Positions 51,135 through 57,988 of a DNA stretch of 57,988 nucleotides are shown one piece after another. The notes beneath the pieces were generated by a model. The model was given only the letters and a program-made list of their open reading frames with translations. It did no database searches and was not told the DNA's origin. Both the position numbers and the translations under genes were made by a program. Every line of letters begins with the position of its first letter. The stretch's first letter is position 1. This stretch comes from Patescibacteria group bacterium (GTDB lineage Bacteria; Patescibacteriota; Minisyncoccia; 2-02-FULL-40-12), in the NCBI GenBank assembly GCA_038065855.1, contig JBBTQD010000013.1, forward strand, positions 1 through 57,988, written 5' to 3'.

Positions 51135-52855
51135 GATTTAAAATTGTAAATTTAAAATTTCTCTTTGTTCTACTTTCTATTTTCCACTTTCTGTCTTCTA
51201 ATTCCGTTTCCGCCGATTCTCTCGGCCAGACTGTTTTATTCAACGTTAATCCGGAATATGAGTATTTTCAAAAAAGCCAGATCAGCGCTACCTTGAGGAA
51301 AATTTCCGGCAGAGCCTATTGGTATATTTCCGATGATTATTTAGCCGGTATTTCCGAGCCGGAAAAAAACTTGTTTTTGTCGAAATTAGACGAACTGGCT
51401 TTAGAATTCGACAATAAGATTTATCCAATCCAGACTCAATTCTGGGGTTCAGAGCCAAAACCCGGGATCGATGATGATTTAAGAACTACGATTTTCATCA
51501 TTCGTCTGATTGATCAGGCCGGAGGCTACTTTGATACTAGTCATTTGTATTCAAAGACTTCGATTCCTGAATCCAACCAGAGAGAAATGGTTTTTATAAA
51601 CGCTGGATCAATAATCAACGGAAGAGCAAAAATATTCTTGGCTCATGAGTTTCAGCATTTGATCGGATTCAACCAGAAAGAGATTTTAAGAGGAGTCTCC
51701 GAAGATATTTGGTTAAGCGAGATCCGGGCGGAATACGCGCCGCGGCTTCTGGGCTATGACGATGCTTACGAAAATTCCAATATCAGGAGAAGAGTTTTCG
51801 CCTTTGAACAAAACCCATCCGATCCTTTGGCCGAATGGCAGAATCTCGGCTCTGATTACGGCGCGGCCGCGCTTTTTATGTTTTATCTGGTTGACCATTA
51901 TGGCGAAAAAATCATCAATGATTCGCAGAGAATCAATAAGATTGGAATTGAATCGTTGAATCAAACCTTGCTTTCAAGCGGTTTTGCCGAATCTTTTTCT
52001 GATATTTTTTTGAATTGGACTATCGCCAATGTTTTGAATGACGAAACAGTTAATTCCAAATTCGCCTATAAATTTACGCATCTTAAAAATTTAAGGATTC
52101 CTTCAAGTCAAAGTTATGTTGTTTCCGGGCCTGAAACGACAGTTTCCATTCTAAACACGGTCAAGGACTGGCAGCCGGTTTGGTATGAATTCAGCACGCC
52201 AATCGGCTTAGGTTCGAATTTAAATCTTAAAGTTGATTTCTCGGCTGACCCAGGGACTAAATTCAGGATTCCTTATATCTCTTTCAAGAAAAATGGCCAA
52301 AAAGAAATCGGCTTTCTCTTGTTAAACGGAACCAGCGGAAAGTTATTCATCAAGAATTTCGGCTCCGATATATATAAAGTCGTTTTAATTCCGGCTAACC
52401 ATTCGAAAATATCCAATTTCACCAAGAACGATCCGTCTTCCCGATTCACCTTTAAAGTTCAGATGACTTCTGAATTTGAAGAAGCGACGCCAACTCCAAC
52501 AACTGCTCTTCAGGCTTCAGTTCAAACATCAATCCAAAATCTTCTTGACCAAATTTCGGTTTTGCAAAAACAAATTACTCAATTAAGGCAAAAGACAGCT
52601 TCGCCTTCTCCGGCTTCAAAGTCACCCGGCGCGCTTAATCGGGATTTATCGCTCGGTTCGCAGGGTGAAGACGTCAGCTGGCTTCAGAGATTCTTAATTA
52701 AAGAAAGTGTTTATCCGGAGGCACGAATAACCGGATACTTTGGTGTTCTGACTAAAGCCGCAGTCATAAGATTTCAGCAAAAACATGGCATCTCGCCGCA
52801 GATCGGCTATGTCGGGATAAAAACAAAAGCGAAGATTCAGGAACTTGGAAAGTAA
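51131..52855 (+). CDS. Secreted HExxH protein (putative zinc metallopeptidase) with C-terminal PG_binding_1 domain
   Basis: Signal-like N-terminus; LAHEFQHLIGF (HExxH); C-terminal LSLGSQGEDVSWLQRFL...GYFGVLTKAAVIRFQQKHGI. Confidence 0.6.
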   Translation: MRFKIVNLKFLFVLLSIFHFLSSNSVSADSLGQTVLFNVNPEYEYFQKSQISATLRKISGRAYWYISDDYLAGISEPEKNLFLSKLDELALEFDNKIYPIQTQFWGSEPKPGIDDDLRTTIFIIRLIDQAGGYFDTSHLYSKTSIPESNQREMVFINAGSIINGRAKIFLAHEFQHLIGFNQKEILRGVSEDIWLSEIRAEYAPRLLGYDDAYENSNIRRRVFAFEQNPSDPLAEWQNLGSDYGAAALFMFYLVDHYGEKIINDSQRINKIGIESLNQTLLSSGFAESFSDIFLNWTIANVLNDETVNSKFAYKFTHLKNLRIPSSQSYVVSGPETTVSILNTVKDWQPVWYEFSTPIGLGSNLNLKVDFSADPGTKFRIPYISFKKNGQKEIGFLLLNGTSGKLFIKNFGSDIYKVVLIPANHSKISNFTKNDPSSRFTFKVQMTSEFEEATPTPTTALQASVQTSIQNLLDQISVLQKQITQLRQKTASPSPASKSPGALNRDLSLGSQGEDVSWLQRFLIKESVYPEARITGYFGVLTKAAVIRFQQKHGISPQIGYVGIKTKAKIQELGK

Positions 52856-52882
52856 GTCATTTTTTGCTATGATTTTTGAGCT

Positions 52883-55450
52883 ATGTCAGTATTTTCTAAA
52901 CTCTTCGGCGATGCTAATGAGCGCTATATAAAAAAGGTTCAGCCGTTGGTGGAGGAGATAGGTAAGCTTGAAAAAGAGTTTGAGCGGTTTTCGGATGATC
53001 AATTAAAAGAAAAGACTGGCGAATTTCGCGAGAGATTTAAAAAAGGTGAAAGTTTAAGTGATTTGCTGACCGAGGCTTTTGCTTTGGTCCGCGAGGCGGC
53101 CAAGAGAACGCTTAACCAGCGGCATTTTGACGTTCAGCTAATCGGCGGAATTGCCTTGCATGAAGGAAAAATCGCTGAAATGAAAACCGGCGAAGGGAAA
53201 ACCTTGACCGCGACTCTGGCAGTTTACCTTAATGCTCTTGCCTCTAATGGTGTACACGTTATCACTGTGAATGATTATCTGGCTCGCCGCGATACGGTCT
53301 GGATGGGACAGATCTATAATGCGTTAGGCATGAGCGTCGGGGGTATTAATCATGATGCGAGTTATATTTACGATCCGACACACAAAGAGAAAGATCAAGC
53401 CAGAGATGAATTGGGAGCTTTTAAAGTAGTTCATGATTTTTTAAGACCGGTCACGAGGCGTGAAGCTTATGAAACCGACATTACCTATGGCACGAACAAT
53501 GAATTCGGCTTCGATTATCTTCGGGATAATATGGCCTACTCTCAAGACCTGATGAGCCAGCGCCCGGAAGCAGGCTATAACTTTGCGATAGTAGACGAAG
53601 TTGATTCAATTTTAATCGATGAAGCCAGAACGCCGTTAATCATTTCCGCGCCTGACGCCGAATCAGGAGAACTTTATAAAACTTTTGCCAAAATCGCGCC
53701 GCGGCTTCATGAAAACGAAGATTATAACATTGATGAAAAACTGAAGGCCGTGACCATTACCGATGCCGGAATCGACAAAGTCGAAAAGATGCTGGGCCTT
53801 CAGAATATTTATGATCAGGCTGGGATGCGCCACGTTCATCACCTTGAAGAGGCCCTAAAAGCCGATGTTTTGTTTAAGCGCGACCGCGACTATGTGGTGA
53901 AAAACGGCGAAGTAATAATTGTTGATGAATTCACGGGGCGCCTGATGCCGGGCCGGCGCTGGTCAGAAGGGCTTCATCAGGCCGTGGAAGCAAAAGAAGG
54001 CGTGGCAGTCCAAAAAGAATCGCGAACTCTGGCCACGATCACTTTCCAAAATTATTTCCGGATGTATAAAAAATTGGCCGGCATGACCGGAACTGCGGCC
54101 ACATCTTCCGAGGAATTCCATAAAGTTTATAATCTTGATGTTATCGTGGTGCCGACTAATATGCCGATGATAAGAAAAGACTTGCCTGACCGGATTTACA
54201 AAACCGTAAGCGCCAAATGGAAAGCAGTGGTTGAAGAAATTAAAGGAAGGCATTCAAGGGGTCAGCCAATTTTAGTCGGCACGGTTTCGATTGAAAAAAA
54301 CGAACTGCTTTCGGCGATGTTGAAACGGGAAGGGGTTCCCCATAGCGTTTTAAACGCCAAAAACCATGAGTCAGAAGGCCAGATTATCGCTCAGGCCGGC
54401 CGTTTGGGCCAGGTGACGGTGGCGACCAATATGGCCGGCCGGGGAGTAGATATTATTCTTGGCGGTAACCCGCCAAGCGCGGAAAATGCGGAAAATGTAA
54501 AAGAATTGGGCGGGCTTCACGTTATCGGCACGGAAAGACACGAGGCGCGGAGAATCGATAATCAGCTTCGGGGCCGTTCCGGCCGGCAGGGCGACTCGGG
54601 CTCATCGCAATTTTTCGTTTCTTTGGATGACGACGTCATCAGGATTTTCGGCGGAGAAAGAATTAAAAACATGATGGAGACGCTTGGTTTTCCCGAGGAC
54701 GAAGCAATTGAGCATGGTTTAGTCAGCCGGGCTATCGAACAGGCCCAAAGCAAAATCGAAGGTCATCATTTTGACGCCCGAAAATATGTTTTAGAATTTG
54801 ACAATGTGATGAATAAGCATCGGGAAGCCGTATACGGTCTAAGAAAAGAAATTCTTGATGGAAAGGCGGCCAAAGATAAAATTTTAGGATTTGTTGAAAA
54901 AGTTATTAATGAATTGATTCAGGTTCATACTATCGGACCGGAACCGAATCTCAAAGAAATCGAAGAAACCGTCAGCGCAATTACAAATTTTCAATTTTCA
55001 ATTTTAAGTGAAATTAAAAACAAAGAAAATATAAAAGAAGAAATTTTAGAAGTTTTCAAAAAAGCTTACGAAGAAAAAGAGAAACAGACCGGCGAGGAAG
55101 GAATGAGAAACCTTGAAAAATTTGTTTTGCTTCGGGTGATTGACGAGCTTTGGGTTGACCATCTGGAAGCCATGGATTATTTGAGAAATTCGGTCAATCT
55201 GCGGGCATACGGCCAGCGCGACCCTCTAGTGGAATACCGCATCGAGGGACAAAAGATGTTCGACCAGTTGTTAAAAGGCATAAAGTATCAGGTGGTGAAT
55301 ATGATTTTTAAGGTTGGGATAGCGCCGCAGGCTACGCAGCTACAAGAAAAACCCTCCTTCGCTAAAGCTTCGGAGGGCAGGGATATTGGCCGCAATGACC
55401 CCTGTTGGTGTAAGAGCGGTAAAAAGTTTAAAAAGTGCCATGGGAAATAA
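52883..55450 (+). CDS. secA: Preprotein translocase ATPase SecA
   Basis: MKTGEGKTL (Walker A), DEVDSILIDEARTPLIIS (DEAD-like), TNMAGRGVDI, and the C-terminal Zn finger CWCKSGKKFKKCHG. Confidence 0.97.
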   Translation: MSVFSKLFGDANERYIKKVQPLVEEIGKLEKEFERFSDDQLKEKTGEFRERFKKGESLSDLLTEAFALVREAAKRTLNQRHFDVQLIGGIALHEGKIAEMKTGEGKTLTATLAVYLNALASNGVHVITVNDYLARRDTVWMGQIYNALGMSVGGINHDASYIYDPTHKEKDQARDELGAFKVVHDFLRPVTRREAYETDITYGTNNEFGFDYLRDNMAYSQDLMSQRPEAGYNFAIVDEVDSILIDEARTPLIISAPDAESGELYKTFAKIAPRLHENEDYNIDEKLKAVTITDAGIDKVEKMLGLQNIYDQAGMRHVHHLEEALKADVLFKRDRDYVVKNGEVIIVDEFTGRLMPGRRWSEGLHQAVEAKEGVAVQKESRTLATITFQNYFRMYKKLAGMTGTAATSSEEFHKVYNLDVIVVPTNMPMIRKDLPDRIYKTVSAKWKAVVEEIKGRHSRGQPILVGTVSIEKNELLSAMLKREGVPHSVLNAKNHESEGQIIAQAGRLGQVTVATNMAGRGVDIILGGNPPSAENAENVKELGGLHVIGTERHEARRIDNQLRGRSGRQGDSGSSQFFVSLDDDVIRIFGGERIKNMMETLGFPEDEAIEHGLVSRAIEQAQSKIEGHHFDARKYVLEFDNVMNKHREAVYGLRKEILDGKAAKDKILGFVEKVINELIQVHTIGPEPNLKEIEETVSAITNFQFSILSEIKNKENIKEEILEVFKKAYEEKEKQTGEEGMRNLEKFVLLRVIDELWVDHLEAMDYLRNSVNLRAYGQRDPLVEYRIEGQKMFDQLLKGIKYQVVNMIFKVGIAPQATQLQEKPSFAKASEGRDIGRNDPCWCKSGKKFKKCHGK

Positions 55451-55456
55451 AATAAA

Positions 55457-55837
55457 ATGAAAAAAGACGAAGAATTATCGCCGGAATTATACGAAGTAGC
55501 GAGGCGCAAGGGGACAGAAGCGCCGTTTTCGGGTAAATATTGGAATAACCACGAAAAAGGGATGTACAAATGCGCTGTTTGCGGGGCGGAACTTTTTTCT
55601 TCAGAAACCAAATTTTATTCAGGAACCGGTTGGCCTAGTTTTACGGAGCCGATAAATCTGGAAAATATAGAGTTGAAGCAAAACCTAAGCGGTGGCATGA
55701 TTAGGACAGAAGTTTTATGCAGAAAATGTGGGGGCCATCTGGGGCATGTATTTGATGACGGGCCAAAAGAGAGGGGCGGGAAAAGATATTGCATTAATTC
55801 GGTTTGCCTTGATTTAGATAAAAAATTCAATGCCTAA
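55457..55837 (+). CDS. msrB: Peptide-methionine (R)-S-oxide reductase
   Basis: CAVCGAELF...GWPSF...[16 protein letters not shown]...RYCINS. Confidence 0.95.
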   Translation: MKKDEELSPELYEVARRKGTEAPFSGKYWNNHEKGMYKCAVCGAELFSSETKFYSGTGWPSFTEPINLENIELKQNLSGGMIRTEVLCRKCGGHLGHVFDDGPKERGGKRYCINSVCLDLDKKFNA

Positions 55838-56699
55838 AATATATAAAATATTTTTCATAATTTCTCTTGTTTTAATGGTTGTGTCGCTTGGTTTATTTTT
55901 GATTTACGGTCTTAACTTGGGGACTGATTTTACCGGCGGTTCAATTTTGGAGATTGAATTTTTAGAGTCGAGGCCGCAGGCGGGTGAAATAAAAGAAAAG
56001 TTGGATGGCCTTAATATTAGCGAAGTTTCAATTTCTACTACAGGGGAAAGCGGATTAATTTTGAAAATGCCCGAAATAACAGAGGAAACTCACCAGAAAA
56101 TTCTAACTGAATTAAAAAAATTAGGAGAGCTTGAGGAAAAACGTTTTGATTCAATCGGTTCGGTTTTGGGCAATGAGTTAAAAAGAAAAAGCATCATTGC
56201 CATAACCTCCGCTTTGATTTTTATTTCTTTATACTTGGCTGTTGTTTTTTCAAAGATCGGCGGCCAAGTTAGCCCTTTTGTTTTAGCTTTGGGGGCGATT
56301 ATGGCTTTAATCCATGACTTGCTTTTGCCGATCGGTGTTTTTTCGTGGCTTGGCCAGTTTAAAGGAACGGCCATTGATGCGCCGCTTATTGCCGCGGCTT
56401 TGGCGATTTTAGGCTATTCAATAAATGATACTGTGGTTGTGTATGATCGGATTAGAGAGAATGTTTTAAAAAATAAGGGAGAGGATTTTAATCAGACCGT
56501 TCATAAAAGCATTAAGCAAACTTTGGCGCGATCAATAAACACGACTTTAACCACTCTTTTTGCCGTAATCGCCATTTATGTTTTTGGCGGGCCGACTTTA
56601 AAAAACTTCTCACTAGCATTGATTATCGGCATCGCTTCCGGGGCTTATTCATCTATTTTTGTAGCTAGTCCGATTTTGATGATGATGCATAGAAAATGA
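55830..56699 (+). CDS. secF: Protein-export membrane protein SecF
   Basis: [16 protein letters not shown]...; [17 protein letters not shown]; six TM helices. Overlaps msrB by 8 nt. Confidence 0.9.
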   Translation: MPKIYKIFFIISLVLMVVSLGLFLIYGLNLGTDFTGGSILEIEFLESRPQAGEIKEKLDGLNISEVSISTTGESGLILKMPEITEETHQKILTELKKLGELEEKRFDSIGSVLGNELKRKSIIAITSALIFISLYLAVVFSKIGGQVSPFVLALGAIMALIHDLLLPIGVFSWLGQFKGTAIDAPLIAAALAILGYSINDTVVVYDRIRENVLKNKGEDFNQTVHKSIKQTLARSINTTLTTLFAVIAIYVFGGPTLKNFSLALIIGIASGAYSSIFVASPILMMMHRK

Positions 56700-56700
56700 G

Positions 56701-56729
56701 AAGAGCCTGCGCAAGCGCAGGCTCTTTTT
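56701..56729 (+). terminator. Rho-independent terminator after secF
   Basis: aagagcctgcg-caag-cgcaggctctt followed by tttg. Confidence 0.7.
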
Positions 56730-56753
56730 GGAAAAGTCTCCGGGGCCAGATCT

Positions 56754-57020
56754 TCATCTGGTAAATTCGGTCATGCGCAGTTCCACGGATGCGCCGACTT
56801 CCTCCATTTGGATCTTCATTTCTTCGACGTCATACAGAAATCTGGTTCTTGAGCCCTCATCGTCAGAGTCAGGCCCACAGATGTCGCCTTCGAGTTTCAT
56901 CGAATTTCCGTCTTTTTCCCACCTAGTGTGGTGGAATAAGTGCTTGAATTCTTTGACTATTTCCCGTATGACCGGACCTTTTTCGATAGGGAACCTTGCA
57001 ACTAAGGAATCTTTTCCCAT
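56754..57020 (-). CDS. Hypothetical 88-aa protein translationally coupled to murD
   Basis: Its ATG overlaps the murD stop (TAATG at 57018-57022, rc). The sequence has a balanced, charged composition, unlike the Ser-rich antisense ORF 56728..57057. Confidence 0.4.
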   Translation of the reverse strand: MGKDSLVARFPIEKGPVIREIVKEFKHLFHHTRWEKDGNSMKLEGDICGPDSDDEGSRTRFLYDVEEMKIQMEEVGASVELRMTEFTR

Positions 57021-57988
57021 TAACGCATCCTTTCCAGTTGTCGAACGAGTTTTTTGAATTCATCCCCCCGGTCGGTATAGTTTTGGAACATATCAAAACT
57101 TGCCGCCCCCGGAGACAAAAGGACCACTTCATTTTTAGCAGCTTTTTTATACAGTGTCAAGACCGCTTCTTTTAAATTTTTAAATTTTTTAATTTTAACT
57201 CCGGTTTTAGACTTTAAAATTTTGTATAACTTATTTTTTAGCTGTCCGATTAACGCCACTGTTTTAATATTTTCTGACTTTGAAATATGGTTAGTCAGTT
57301 CTTTATAATCCAAACCTTTATCATATCCACCTAAGATTAAATGAACTGGCTCTGTAAACGATTTCAGTGCTGCCAAAGTTGCGTCAGGATTAGTGGCGGC
57401 TGAATCGTTGTAAAATGAGACGCCGTTTATTTTGACAACGAATTCAAGCCGGTGCTCGACTCCTCTAAAATTTTTAACCGCTTTTATTATTTTTTTCATC
57501 GGTACTTTCAAGATTTTTCCGACTTGAACCGCCAAAGCGATATTTTCAAAATTGTGAGCGCCTTTTAATCCGGTTTTTAAGAGTAGGGGATTGGGGAATA
57601 TTTTTTCGCCCCCGCCGATTTTTTTAGTTTTATTTTTGAGCAAAGGGTTGATTACGGCAAAATTTTTGGCAGATTGAAATTTAATTATATTTATTTTGGC
57701 TTTAAAATACTCGCCGGCATCTTGGTGAGTTGAAGGCGCGAATTTTCCGGAAGGATCAAGATGATCAATAGTAATATTGGTAATTACGGCGATATGAGGG
57801 CTTTTGTCTAAATCCTGGAGCTGGAAACTGGAAAGTTCTAAAACCGCCAGGGAATTATTTTTTAATTTTGGCAGAATATCCAGAGCCGGTTTTCCGAAAT
57901 TCCCGGCGGCAAAAACCGAATTTCTATACTTGCTTTTTAATATCCGATAAATCAAAAAAGCAGTGGTGGTTTTGCCTTTGGTTCCGGT
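57020..57988 (-). CDS. murD: UDP-N-acetylmuramoylalanine--D-glutamate ligase, C-terminal ~320 aa (5' end outside the window)
   Basis: The frame stays open to the window edge, which encodes TGTKGKTTTAF (P-loop of Mur ligases). ...NITIDHLD...; HRLEFV...NGVSFYNDS.ATNP...; LSPGAASFDMFQNYTDRGDEF. Confidence 0.85.
   Translation of the reverse strand, partial: TGTKGKTTTAFLIYRILKSKYRNSVFAAGNFGKPALDILPKLKNNSLAVLELSSFQLQDLDKSPHIAVITNITIDHLDPSGKFAPSTHQDAGEYFKAKINIIKFQSAKNFAVINPLLKNKTKKIGGGEKIFPNPLLLKTGLKGAHNFENIALAVQVGKILKVPMKKIIKAVKNFRGVEHRLEFVVKINGVSFYNDSAATNPDATLAALKSFTEPVHLILGGYDKGLDYKELTNHISKSENIKTVALIGQLKNKLYKILKSKTGVKIKKFKNLKEAVLTLYKKAAKNEVVLLSPGAASFDMFQNYTDRGDEFKKLVRQLERMR

Noticed and set aside
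55830-56699. secF without an adjacent secD as an anomaly.
   Set aside because: secD can be encoded elsewhere in the genome. Nothing can be concluded from a single window.
56728-57057. A plus-strand 109-aa ORF downstream of secF.
   Set aside because: It starts inside the secF terminator region, its composition is Ser-rich and low-complexity, and it overlaps the 3' end of murD. The minus-strand ORF coupled to murD is more plausible.
1-57988. A search for CRISPR arrays, tRNA/rRNA genes, transposases, integrases and phage genes as an explanation for the compositional mosaic.
   Set aside because: I saw no regularly spaced direct repeats. No intergenic gap is long enough or shaped for a tRNA (the largest gaps are about 95-140 nt and are occupied by hairpins or promoter-like sequence). 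No ORF has DDE, tyrosine- or serine-recombinase motifs that I could recognise.

Overview
This 58-kb window is almost entirely a cell-surface glycan / glycoconjugate biosynthesis island. Housekeeping genes (secA, msrB, secF, murD) lie at the 3' end and a repeat-rich surface protein at the 5' end. I found no rRNA, tRNA, CRISPR array, transposase or integrase.

The overall style points to an uncultivated CPR/Patescibacteria-like bacterium; this is an inference, not a demonstrated result. The features behind it are compact genes joined by ATGA/TAATG overlaps, few Shine-Dalgarno (SD) sites, several secreted proteins with peptidoglycan-binding domains, GT-C or O-antigen-ligase membrane domains fused to TPR repeats, and one GC-rich palindromic mini-repeat.

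Layout:
1. 1-2.6 kb: surface and peptidoglycan-binding proteins.
2. 2.7-21.8 kb: about 20 co-directional genes. They comprise GT4/GT2 glycosyltransferases, a Wzx-like flippase, a sugar C-methyltransferase with an RmlD-like reductase and a cupin, and three GT2 + polytopic membrane (GT-C-like) pairs.
3. 21.8-30.8 kb: an ArnT-like gene on the minus strand, followed by an 8-gene translationally coupled chain. The chain holds an SGNH-like protein, two very small membrane ORFs, a carbamoyltransferase, a GT9 heptosyltransferase-like gene, a methyltransferase and a 2OG oxygenase.
4. 30.9-32.4 kb: a secreted protein with Cys-rich modules.
5. 32.4-46.7 kb: the most unusual part. It looks like a pathway for a CMP-activated higher-carbon (ulosonic-acid-type) sugar: GmhA, a SAF-less NeuB-like synthase, three KdsC-type phosphatases, a cytidylyltransferase, a TIM-barrel isomerase, an SDR and an EamA transporter. 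Interleaved with these are four GC-rich expression cassettes, each with its own SD and terminator and three with an exact TTGACA box upstream. They encode a B12-binding radical SAM enzyme, a P-loop protein, a methyltransferase plus cupin, and a GT-B-like protein.
6. 46.7-52.9 kb: a methyltransferase, the initiating polyprenyl-phosphate sugar transferase, an O-antigen-ligase-like/TPR protein, and an HExxH/PG-binding secreted protein.

All functional calls rest on motif recognition by eye. GC values are rough counts on sampled 60-nt lines, not computed statistics.
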